DNA from: a virus
IMG/VR virus record: IMGVR_UViG_3300036829_000104
Location: 19,598 to 83,597 of that record
Direction: 5' to 3' (one strand)
DNA: 64,000 bases
Shown: one piece after another, positions 27,676-35,894 of the stretch
Layout: each line of letters opens with the position of its first letter
How positions within the stretch are numbered: the stretch's first letter is position 1
Translations under genes and position numbers: made by a program
The notes under the pieces: model-generated
What the model saw: only the letters and a program-made list of their open reading frames with translations
The model's database searches: none
Told to the model about the DNA's origin: nothing

Positions 27676-28245
27676 TCAGCGTCCCGGCTGAAGACGCGCC
27701 TTGGCGTCCTCGTAGCGGGCCCACGCGGCCATGAACTGCTCGGGGCTGCCGCCGCGGTCGGGGTGGACGGCAGCCGCCTCGTTCCTCAGCCGCTTCACTT
27801 CTTCGAGCAGCACCGGGTCAGCGTCCGGGGCGTCGTCGGTGAAGTCACCGATCGGGTCGGTCTGCGCGAAGTCGAACAGCGCCATCCACGACGCGCCGTA
27901 GAACACTTCACCGTTCGGGTTCTCCGGGGTCATCCGGTCCTCGTCGCGACCGGTTCGGGGATGCATGAGCAGGATCGCGGTTTCACCCTTGCGGACCTGC
28001 CGGCCCAGTTTCCGCCAGGTCTCGTACTTGTGCAGGCAGGTTGCGCGCGGGTACTGGACCCACAGGCGGCGCAGGTTGTTCTCGTTGTACCGGTCACCCC
28101 AGCGGGCGAGGAACGCCGCAACGTCCGGGTCGCTGTCGTCGACCGCCTCGCCGGCCAGTTCGATCTCAGCCTTGCGGGCGTCAAGCTGCTCTTTGCGCTC
28201 GGCTGACATCTTCCGGGCCGGCCTGCGGGTCTTGGTCGCCGCCAT
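27676..28245 (-). CDS. ArdC-like ssDNA-binding domain with C-terminal J-domain-like HPD motif
   Basis: YNENN...Q.P.AT...YETWRKLGRQVRKGE...FDFAQT; HPDRGGSPEQF. Confidence 0.75.
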   Translation of the reverse strand: MAATKTRRPARKMSAERKEQLDARKAEIELAGEAVDDSDPDVAAFLARWGDRYNENNLRRLWVQYPRATCLHKYETWRKLGRQVRKGETAILLMHPRTGRDEDRMTPENPNGEVFYGASWMALFDFAQTDPIGDFTDDAPDADPVLLEEVKRLRNEAAAVHPDRGGSPEQFMAAWARYEDAKARLQPGR

Positions 28246-28395
28246 GGGTTCCTCCTGAACAAGTGGTTTGTCCGCTTACAAGACAATCGTCTTCCGCCGG
28301 TCCGTAGAACGTCAAGTTAAACGGACGACATTAGTGGGCAGCGGAAAGGACCCGGAGCCTTGAGGCCGCGGGTCCTTTCGGGGGGGCTTCGGGGG

Positions 28396-28569
28396 TTACT
28401 CGGCGACGCGGGTGAGGACCGGGAAGTTCGGGCGGGCCAGGTTGATCTCGGTGACCTTGTAATCGGTGCCCTCGACGTTCACGACCTGGCCGATCTGGAC
28501 GACGCCCGGGACGAAGACCTTGGTGAGCTGCTTGGCGGTCTTGCTGGTCTTGGCGGTCTTGGTGGCCAT
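28396..28569 (-). CDS. small protein, paralog of 30836..30991
   Basis: Manual translation ...GQVVNVEGTDYKVTEINLARPNFPVL; own promoter and terminator. Confidence 0.75.
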   Translation of the reverse strand: MATKTAKTSKTAKQLTKVFVPGVVQIGQVVNVEGTDYKVTEINLARPNFPVLTRVAE

Positions 28570-28674
28570 CTCGTTTACCCCTGACTGGTGTGTTGTCTGC
28601 TTACAAAGACAACATTACAAGCTGGCGCAACGGAAGACAACCGAGGAAGCCAGATTTTTACGCATAGGAGTTCG

Positions 28675-29457
28675 ATGCCAGCCAAGTGGATCGCCACCCG
28701 GGAACTGCCGCTCGCGGACCTCGAGCGGTTCCCCGGCAACGCCCGCCGCGGCGACGTCGACGAGATCCGCAAGAGCATCGCCCGCCACGGCCAGTACCGC
28801 GCCATCGTCGTCCGCCAGCACGATGACCGCTACACGGTCCTTGCGGGGAACCACACCGCCGACGCGCTCGAGGCCGAGGGCAGCAGCACCGCCCGCTGCG
28901 AGCTGATCGAGTGCAGCGACGACGAGGCCGTCCGTATCAACCTCGCCGACAACCGCACCGCCGAGCTAGGCGGCTACGACAACGAGGCTCTCGCCGCGCT
29001 CCTGTCCACGCTGGATAACGACTACGACGGCACCGGCTGGGCCGAGGAAGACATCACCGCCATCCTCGAAGAGTCCGACGGTGTCTTCGGCGGCGACGGC
29101 GAATGGGACGGCGGCGACGGGGAGCCTGCCCCGAACCGCGGGGAGCTGCTCGCGCTCGCCGGCGTCACCATCGGGGAACCCCGGCACAAGGTCGAAACCG
29201 GCCAGGTCTGGGCGCTCGGCGACCACCGCCTCGTCATCGCGGACCTGTTCACCGGCTGGGAAGCATGGGCGCCGCTGCTCGACGGAGAGGTCACGTTCCT
29301 GCCGTACCCGACACCGCTCGCCCCGCACGCCCCCGGCTACGGCCCGCTCATCATGGTGCAGCCCGAGGAGTTCCTCGCCGGCCACCTGCTCGACAAGTGG
29401 CAGGACATCACCGGCGGGGCACCCGTCGTCGTCAACGCCGAGGTGGCCGCGGCGTGA
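28675..29457 (+). CDS. ParB/Srx N-terminal domain protein heading the modification cluster
   Basis: GNARRGDVDEIRKSIARHGQYRAIVV...VLAGNHT; GQVWALGDHRL. Confidence 0.85.
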   Translation: MPAKWIATRELPLADLERFPGNARRGDVDEIRKSIARHGQYRAIVVRQHDDRYTVLAGNHTADALEAEGSSTARCELIECSDDEAVRINLADNRTAELGGYDNEALAALLSTLDNDYDGTGWAEEDITAILEESDGVFGGDGEWDGGDGEPAPNRGELLALAGVTIGEPRHKVETGQVWALGDHRLVIADLFTGWEAWAPLLDGEVTFLPYPTPLAPHAPGYGPLIMVQPEEFLAGHLLDKWQDITGGAPVVVNAEVAAA

Positions 29458-30242
29458 CGGTCAAGAACACTGGCGGCGGCACGTTCGACCCGTCCGCGAG
29501 GCCCCTGTACTTCGCTGCAGGCACGAACTGGACCGGCAACGCGGTCAGATGGCCCCGCCACGTCCTCGTCGCGGTCAACGACATCCTCAACCCCGCCGAC
29601 GAGCAGAAACTCCTCGTTCAGCACCTGGACGATGGCCGTATCGTCCTCCTGGACTCGGGCATCTTCTGGCTCACGAACCAGCACAAGCGCGCCCACGGCG
29701 TCACGATGGACGAGGCGCTCGCCCTCCCGCCCGAGGAGATCGACGGGTTCGACGAGCTGTTCACCCGGTATGTGCAGGTCGTCAAGCGGTACGGGGACCG
29801 CCTGTGGGGCTGGACCGAGCTGGACCAGGGCGGCGCGGTGAACAAGCGCCGCACCCGCGCCCGCCTCGAGGCCGAGGGAATCACCCCCATCCCCGTCTAC
29901 CACCCGCTGAACGACGGCTGGGACTACTTCGACGAGCTCGCCGCCGGCTATGACCGGATGTGCTTCGGGAACATCGTCCAGGCATCCCGCCCGTCCCGGG
30001 TCCGGCTGCTGCACACCATGTGGGAGCGGCACCGCGCCTACCCGGACCTGTGGATCCACATCCTCGGCCTGACCGCCAACGAGTGGTGCATGTCCGTCCC
30101 GCCGGACTCCTGTGACTCCTCGACCTGGCTGTCCCCGCTGCGCTGGCCCGCGGTCCGCACCGAGACCGCGATGCTCCGCAAGACCCGCGACCTCGGCGCG
30201 CGGTTCTCCTACGACATCGACAACCCGGACACCCCGGCATGA
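29454..30242 (+). CDS. dpdA: DpdA-like DNA guanine transglycosylase (TGT fold)
   Basis: LLDSG, ELD, IPVYH, IHILG and DSSTW motifs; next to queD/queE/folE. Confidence 0.75.
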   Translation: MTVKNTGGGTFDPSARPLYFAAGTNWTGNAVRWPRHVLVAVNDILNPADEQKLLVQHLDDGRIVLLDSGIFWLTNQHKRAHGVTMDEALALPPEEIDGFDELFTRYVQVVKRYGDRLWGWTELDQGGAVNKRRTRARLEAEGITPIPVYHPLNDGWDYFDELAAGYDRMCFGNIVQASRPSRVRLLHTMWERHRAYPDLWIHILGLTANEWCMSVPPDSCDSSTWLSPLRWPAVRTETAMLRKTRDLGARFSYDIDNPDTPA

Positions 30243-30388
30243 CACGGGCCGACTCGTTCGGCATGTGCTCCGACGCGGTGACAGCGATCAACCTGGTGTG
30301 GAGGCACGCCGGCGCCCGGACAGCCGAACTGCTCGGCCAGCCCGCCCATCCCGCGCACGTCATGAACGAGAGGCCAGCAGCCAAATGA
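30239..30388 (+). CDS. 49-aa ORF, or frameshifted C-terminus of DpdA
   Basis: Fills the gap with ATGA overlaps at both ends. Confidence 0.4.
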   Translation: MTRADSFGMCSDAVTAINLVWRHAGARTAELLGQPAHPAHVMNERPAAK

Positions 30389-30741
30389 CCAGCCCCGGCA
30401 CCGTAACCGTGTGGGCGACCGCGCAGCTGCCCGGCTTCCACCGCTGGCCGGACGCACCGCCGTCCCGCGGCTACCTGTGCGACAGGCACCGGCACGTGTT
30501 CCACGTCAAGGCAACCGCCGCGGTGAGCCACGACGACCGGGACATCGAGTTCCACGACCTGTCCGACATGATCCGGACGTGGTGGGGACCTGGTGCCCGG
30601 GAGTGCGGGAGCGCGTCGTGCGAGTCGCTGGCGAGGGAGCTTGCCGGGTACCTGGGGGATCAGGGGGTCGTCGTGGCGTCGGTGGAGGTGTCGGAGGACG
30701 GCGAGTCGGGGGCGGTGCTCACGCTCCCGCCGGACGTCTGA
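30385..30741 (+). CDS. QueD-paralog T-fold protein, DpdL-like (putative CDG decarboxylase)
   Basis: GFHRWPDAP, LxxxHRHxF, DRDIEF, SCE, VSEDGESGA. Confidence 0.7.
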   Translation: MTSPGTVTVWATAQLPGFHRWPDAPPSRGYLCDRHRHVFHVKATAAVSHDDRDIEFHDLSDMIRTWWGPGARECGSASCESLARELAGYLGDQGVVVASVEVSEDGESGAVLTLPPDV

Positions 30742-30835
30742 AATGTTGTCCCGCTTCCTTTTCCGGGCTTGTCTTCTGCCGGTCTCATCGGTGAGTATTG
30801 TCTTTGTAAGCGGACAACACTTCAGGAGGCACCCG

Positions 30836-30991
30836 ATGACCAGCACCACGACCACCCCGGCCCAGATCACCGCCCACGTCCCCGCCGCCCGGTACGGTCA
30901 GGTCGTCACGATCGACGGCACGGACTACAAGGTCATCGAGATCAACCTGGCCCGCCCGAACCACCCGGTCCTCGCCCCGATCAGCAAGTAA
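30836..30991 (+). CDS. small protein, paralog of 28396..28569
   Basis: GQVVTIDGTDYKVIEINLARPNHPVL; AGGAGG RBS; hairpin at about 31008-31040. Confidence 0.75.
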   Translation: MTSTTTTPAQITAHVPAARYGQVVTIDGTDYKVIEINLARPNHPVLAPISK

Positions 30992-31094
30992 CACCAGCCA
31001 GGCCCCGGCCCCGGCACCCCGCAGCGGAGTGCCGGGGTTTCCGCTTGCCCGCACCCGAGCCTTCACGGCCTCCAACCCTGCAGAGGTAGTCCCC

Positions 31095-31517
31095 TTGCAC
31101 GAAGTCACCGTGCGCCACAACTTCGAGACCGCTCACCGGCTGCCGCACCTTCCCGGCAAATGCCAGTCCCTCCACGGCCACTCGTGGTGGGCGCACGTCA
31201 CCGTCTCCGCCCCCGAGGTCGCCGCCGGGGTGCTGGTCGAGTTCGGCCCGTTCAAGGCCGCGCTCCGCGCGTGGATCGACACCCACCTAGACCACGGGTC
31301 GATGCTGGGCCCCGACGACCCGCTCGTCCCGCTGCTGCGCGCCGAGGGCTGCAAAGTCCACGAGGTGCCCGGCTGGCCGACCGTGGAGAACGTCGCCGCC
31401 ATGCTCGCGGAGGTCGCCGCGGCCGAGCTGGAGAACCTGGTCCGCGCACCGCACGCCACGGTGACCGGCGTGCGGGTCACCGAAACCCACGTGAACGAGG
31501 CCGCATGGCTGGCCTGA
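31095..31517 (+). CDS. queD: 6-carboxytetrahydropterin synthase
   Basis: FETAHRL...CQSLHGHSW...LDH...PTVEN...ET. Confidence 0.92.
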   Translation: MHEVTVRHNFETAHRLPHLPGKCQSLHGHSWWAHVTVSAPEVAAGVLVEFGPFKAALRAWIDTHLDHGSMLGPDDPLVPLLRAEGCKVHEVPGWPTVENVAAMLAEVAAAELENLVRAPHATVTGVRVTETHVNEAAWLA

Positions 31518-32227
31518 CCGTGACCGCGGACACCCTCGTCGTCGCGGAGGCGTTCGGCCCCACGGTGCAGGGCGAGGGCCCATCGGCCGGCCGGCAGGCG
31601 TCGTTCATTCGCCTCGGCGGCTGCGACCTGCACTGCACATGGTGCGACTCGGGGTTCACCTGGGACGCTCAGCGGTTCGACCTGCGCGCCGAACTGGTCC
31701 GCCGTGACGTCGACAGCATGCTCGCCGAGGTGCTGGGGTACGGGACGCCGCTCGTGGTGATCACCGGCGGGGAGCCGCTGCTGCACCAGAACCAGCCCGG
31801 ATGGGACCGGCTCCTGACCGGTCTTGCGGCCGCGGACCGCGACATCGAGGTCGAGACGAACGGCACCCGCGCGCCGGGCGAGACCACGGCCCGCCTCGTC
31901 ACCAGGTTCAACGTGTCGCCGAAGCTGAGCGGCGCCGGAGACCCGGAGTCCGCGCGCATCCGCCCGGACGCGCTGGCCGCGCTCGCCGCGACCGGCCGGG
32001 CGGTGTTCAAGTTCGTATGCGCCAGCCGCGCCGACCTCGACGAGGCAGCCCGCGTGGCGGCGCTCGCGGGCATCCCGCCCCGGCTGGTGTGGATCATGCC
32101 GGAAGGCACCGACCCGGCAACGCTCACCGCCCGGCTGCGGGAGCTCGCGGATCCCGCCGTCGCCGCGGGCTTCAACCTGACCACGCGGCTCCACGTGCTC
32201 GCGTGGGGAGATGAACGAGGACGATGA
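31505..32227 (+). CDS. queE: 7-carboxy-7-deazaguanine synthase (radical SAM)
   Basis: TVQGEG...FIRLGGCDLHCTWCDS...TGGEP...ETNG...VSPK. Confidence 0.95.
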   Translation: MAGLTVTADTLVVAEAFGPTVQGEGPSAGRQASFIRLGGCDLHCTWCDSGFTWDAQRFDLRAELVRRDVDSMLAEVLGYGTPLVVITGGEPLLHQNQPGWDRLLTGLAAADRDIEVETNGTRAPGETTARLVTRFNVSPKLSGAGDPESARIRPDALAALAATGRAVFKFVCASRADLDEAARVAALAGIPPRLVWIMPEGTDPATLTARLRELADPAVAAGFNLTTRLHVLAWGDERGR

Positions 32228-32799
32228 CCCACCAGCACGAAACCCACCCGGCCACGGCCCACGCCCGCGCGATGCTGACCGCCCTCGGCGTGGACTGCAC
32301 GGGGGAGGACACCGCCGACACGCCGGCCCGCCTGGTCGGCGCACTCGCCGAGCTGACCGCGGGCCTCGAGCTCGACCCGGGCAGGCACCTCGCGGTGACC
32401 TTCCCGCCGCCGTCAGCTGACCCACCGATGGTGGTCGTGCCCGGCATCCCGATCTCCTCGGTGTGTGAGCATCACGTGCTGCCGTTCACCGGCACGGCCA
32501 CGATCGCGTACCTGCCAGCCGGGCGGATCGTCGGCCTGTCGAAGCTCGCCCGGGTGGCACAGGAGTTCGCGGCCCGCCCGCAGGTGCAGGAGCGCCTCGG
32601 GGACCAGATCGTCACCGCGATCGACAAGCACCTCGACACGCGCGGCGCCGCGTGCATGATCACCGCCGTCCACTCGTGCATGACGCTGCGCGGCGCGAAG
32701 GCGGCCGGCGCGAAGATGGTCACCTCGCACCTGACCGGGCTGTTCCGGGAAGACGCCGCAGCGCGGGCCGAGTTCATCCAACTCGCCCGCACCGCCTGA
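32224..32799 (+). CDS. folE: GTP cyclohydrolase I
   Basis: DTPAR, SVCEHHVLPF, GLSKLAR, QVQERL, HSCMTLRG. Confidence 0.96.
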   Translation: MTHQHETHPATAHARAMLTALGVDCTGEDTADTPARLVGALAELTAGLELDPGRHLAVTFPPPSADPPMVVVPGIPISSVCEHHVLPFTGTATIAYLPAGRIVGLSKLARVAQEFAARPQVQERLGDQIVTAIDKHLDTRGAACMITAVHSCMTLRGAKAAGAKMVTSHLTGLFREDAAARAEFIQLARTA

Positions 32800-32803
32800 C
32801 AGG

Positions 32804-33025
32804 CTACCGGCCAGGATCGTCCAGCACCTTGTCGCCGATACCCGGCTGGTAGAGGTGCAGGCGTTCGGGGCTGATCCACACCGTGAACACGGAGCGCGCG
32901 ACCTCGGCGTCACGGCTGCTACGGCCGGCCACCGCCTCCGCCTCAGCCGCCGACTCGTACCCGCTCCAGCGCGAGCCGTCGTTCCACTCGATCGCAAAGG
33001 TCTCGTAACTCCGTTCGATCACCAT
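32804..33025 (-). CDS. hypothetical protein
   Basis: GAGGAGGAG RBS. Confidence 0.6.
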   Translation of the reverse strand: MVIERSYETFAIEWNDGSRWSGYESAAEAEAVAGRSSRDAEVARSVFTVWISPERLHLYQPGIGDKVLDDPGR

Positions 33026-33115
33026 CGTGTGCTCCTCCTCGGGATTGCAGTTGGGACGGCCGGGTGCAGCGCGGGCCGGGTTTACGGACCTAGCCCGCGC
33101 CGCGTAGGTGCTGGG

Positions 33116-33358
33116 TCATATGACGGCCAGCATGCTGGTGTGGACTTTGACCGTTCCGGTGCCGCCGTCGCGGGACAGCGTCGCGATCGAGTCGCGGATG
33201 CTGGCGACGGTCCACTCGGTGCCGGCGAGGTGCCATTCCCGGCCCATGTAGCGAACCCGGCGGCCGGCCCACGGGTGCTGGTTCTCGGGGACGATCCACA
33301 TGGCGGGGTCGCTGTAGTCGATGTCAGCGGCCGGGTTCTGGGTGCCGGTGGTGGTCAT
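33116..33358 (-). CDS. hypothetical protein
   Basis: GAGGAGG RBS, downstream of an operator copy. Confidence 0.7.
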   Translation of the reverse strand: MTTTGTQNPAADIDYSDPAMWIVPENQHPWAGRRVRYMGREWHLAGTEWTVASIRDSIATLSRDGGTGTVKVHTSMLAVI

Positions 33359-33470
33359 CGGGTCCTCCTCAAGTGTTGTCTCCTTACAAGGACAATAATC
33401 ATCGATGGGCCGGGCAGAAGACAAGCGAAGCGCGGACCGGATTCAACCCGGCCCGCGCCCCGCACCCAGG

Positions 33471-34367
33471 TCACGCCGCCTCGCTGGCCGCCCGCTTCGC
33501 GTCAGCCCGGTCCAGCGCCTTCGCAACCTTCCCGGCGAACCGGTCGCTGATCGCCGCAGCGGTCTTCGCGACCTGCTCGCGGGTCATCTCGCCGGCCACG
33601 TACCCCGCGGTCAGCTTCTTCGCGTACCGCGAGTCGTGACCCCGCACGAACGTCCGGGACGCCGCCTCACCGCAGCACGGGCAGGTGCCGGTACCGGGCC
33701 TGCTCTCCTCGTCCGCCTGCGCGAGGGACTTCACGAGCTTGCCGTGGAACCGCTCGCTCACCTTGCCAGCAGCTTCGATGACCTGCTCGCGGGTCATCTC
33801 GCCTGCCTTGTACGCGGCACGCAGCTTCGATGCGAACCGCGAGTCGTGACCGCGGGCGAACACCCGCGCGGTCAGCTCACCGCACCCGCAGGCGCACTGC
33901 TTGTCGGCCGGCTTCGGCTTGTAGGTGCCCTTCGCCTTCGGCGCCTTGACCTCAGCGGGCTCGTCCGCAGTCTCGGCCTCCGGCTCGCCGGCCTCGTCCT
34001 CGGGCTCGATGACCTCGGAGGCGTCTGCAGCTTCCTGCTGCGCGAGCCAGACGTCGGCGTCGATCATCGTGCCGTTGTCCAGCCCGCGCTGAATCGCGGC
34101 AGCCAGTTCCTCATCGGTCGGGTTGGCAGGGTCGGCCACAAACGGGGACACAGCCTCGCCGGTCTGCGGCGCCTCCTCCTGCACGGTCTCACCCTCGGCG
34201 GCGACCTGCGCGAGCCGCGCCTCGTGCCGCTTCGCCCGGCCGATCACGGTGGTGCGGGGAACGCCGAGCACCTTCGCTGCCTCGGTGGCGCTGCCGTCGG
34301 CTGCCTGCAAGGCGGCGTACGCCTGCACCTCGAGCTCAACCTTGCTGGTGGCGGTGGTGGTGGTCAT
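33471..34367 (-). CDS. Fis-like HTH, acidic linker and two CxCxCG...FxRGHD repeats
   Basis: AAKVLGVPRTTV; CACGCGE...FARGHDSRF and CPCCGE...FVRGHDSRY. Confidence 0.8.
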   Translation of the reverse strand: MTTTTATSKVELEVQAYAALQAADGSATEAAKVLGVPRTTVIGRAKRHEARLAQVAAEGETVQEEAPQTGEAVSPFVADPANPTDEELAAAIQRGLDNGTMIDADVWLAQQEAADASEVIEPEDEAGEPEAETADEPAEVKAPKAKGTYKPKPADKQCACGCGELTARVFARGHDSRFASKLRAAYKAGEMTREQVIEAAGKVSERFHGKLVKSLAQADEESRPGTGTCPCCGEAASRTFVRGHDSRYAKKLTAGYVAGEMTREQVAKTAAAISDRFAGKVAKALDRADAKRAASEAA

Positions 34368-34516
34368 GGCTGGAGCCTCCCAAAGTGTTGTCCGTTTACA
34401 TGGATAAGACTACCGGCGGACCTTCGGATAGGACAAGCCAGAAGACACGATTCGAACTCCCACTCGCTCACCACCGACCACCCATCCGCCAGCCGCGCGA
34501 ACGCTGAGGGAGGGCC

Positions 34517-34849
34517 ATGACCACCCCCGGCAGCACAACCGCCCGGGGATACGGCAACAGCCATCAGCGCGAGAGAGCACGCTGGGAACCGGTCGTCGCC
34601 GCAGGCGAAGCATTCTGCAGCGAAACCATTTGCGTCATGCCCGCCCGCTGGATCAAGCCCGGCACTCAGTGGCACCTGGCTCACACGCCAGATCGCACGG
34701 GCTGGCTAGGACCAGCGCACGCCCGCTGCAACCTCGCCGAGCGCAACCGCCGCGTGAACGGAAGCCGCAGGAAATCCGGAAGCCGAAGCCGCGCCATCCG
34801 CAAACCCGGCCCCAAGACACTGCCGTGGCGCACCTCACGCCAGTGGTAG
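34517..34849 (+). CDS. terminase-associated HNH-like endonuclease
   Basis: RGYG..HQR...C...C...WHLAH...AHARCN; upstream of terminase. Confidence 0.75.
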   Translation: MTTPGSTTARGYGNSHQRERARWEPVVAAGEAFCSETICVMPARWIKPGTQWHLAHTPDRTGWLGPAHARCNLAERNRRVNGSRRKSGSRSRAIRKPGPKTLPWRTSRQW

Positions 34850-35099
34850 CCAGCCACCGCCTCACCCGGCCAGCGATGCCAGTCACCCCCGCACGTGCAC
34901 CGCAGTACATCTGTCACCGCTACGTACCGTCGTCGAGCCCGGCGGCAGGAGCGTGCCGCACCTCAGGGCCTGACGCTGCGAAAGCGCAAGCAGGAAAGCA
35001 GAAGCGGAGCGCAAGCACGAAAGCGCCCAGCGGCATCCCGGTCAGACCGGAAGTAATCACCGACCGTGACGGTTGCCGTCGCGGACAGTAGCGCACCGC

Positions 35100-35195
35100 C
35101 GCGACCGTGGGGGGGCGGGGTCGAAACGGGCAAAACGGGCGCCGCTGACCCCCCCGAGTCAAACTTTTTATCTCCCCCGGCGTGAGGGGGGCTTG
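35100..35195. other. probable cos/packaging region
   Basis: Non-coding GGGGGGG...CCCCCCC...TTTTTATCTCCCCC between HNH and terminase; strand composition flips from C/A-rich to G-rich. Confidence 0.5.
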
Positions 35196-35219
35196 TGACT
35201 GGCGAGGAGGTGACTGCGA

Positions 35220-35894
35220 GTGTCCCGGTCGCGTCCCAGTACTGAGGAAGTCACCGCACGCCGCAGCCGGGTCCTCCAGCTGCGCGCGGCGGGCCTGTCT
35301 TACCAGGAGATCGCGCGGCAGACCGGTCACAAAACCGCCGCCGCGGCGGCGCAGGACGCTACGCGGGCGTTGCGTGACCGGCAGGCGGTAGGGGAGCCGG
35401 CGGGCCTGTTCGGCACGCTTGAGCTCGAGCGGATCGACTCGCTTGAGCGGGCGATGCAGACGGTGCTGCGGACGGCGGCGGGCAAAGGTGACCATGAGAC
35501 GGTCCTGAAGTCGGTTGACCGGCTGACGCGCCTGTCGGAGCGCCGCTCGCGGCTCCTCGGCGACGGCGGCGGGAACGCGGGCGGCGGCCATTCGGACGAG
35601 ACGCCCGGCCGGTATACCGCGTCGAAGCCCGGCCCCGTGGAGCAGCGGGTGCGTGCCGATATCGGCGCGCTGATGACGAGTCATCCGATGGGCGAGGCGC
35701 TGACCGAGATGTGTCACACGCTGGCGCGGAACCTGGACAACGGCGCCGGGCTCGCGACGGCGGCGGTGAACCGCGAGCTGCGGGCGAACCTGGCGGAGCT
35801 GAGCAGGCTGGCGGTTGATGACGGCGATGAGCTTGCGGACGAGCTATCCGTCCCTGAGCTGCCCTCCCCGGTTCGGGACTCCGCGGAGTCCTGA
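35220..35894 (+). CDS. terminase small subunit-like HTH protein
   Basis: LRAAGLSYQEIARQTG; overlaps the large subunit. Confidence 0.7.
   Translation: MSRSRPSTEEVTARRSRVLQLRAAGLSYQEIARQTGHKTAAAAAQDATRALRDRQAVGEPAGLFGTLELERIDSLERAMQTVLRTAAGKGDHETVLKSVDRLTRLSERRSRLLGDGGGNAGGGHSDETPGRYTASKPGPVEQRVRADIGALMTSHPMGEALTEMCHTLARNLDNGAGLATAAVNRELRANLAELSRLAVDDGDELADELSVPELPSPVRDSAES

Larger units (their letters stand above)
25864..34406. promoter_or_regulatory. dispersed palindromic operator TGTC-N9/10-GACA with a TGTAA core (six clear copies plus one degenerate)
   Basis: Copies at 25864, 28269, 28594, 30799, 33377, 34389, each upstream of a gene start, plus a degenerate one at 28310. Confidence 0.8.

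Noticed and set aside
31095-32799. Auxiliary metabolic genes for folate or queuosine tRNA
   Set aside because: Clustering with DpdA-like and ParB-like genes points to DNA modification
25864-34406. CRISPR array or integron attC sites
   Set aside because: Repeats are dispersed, irregularly spaced, in both orientations and tied to promoters; no cas genes or integron integrase
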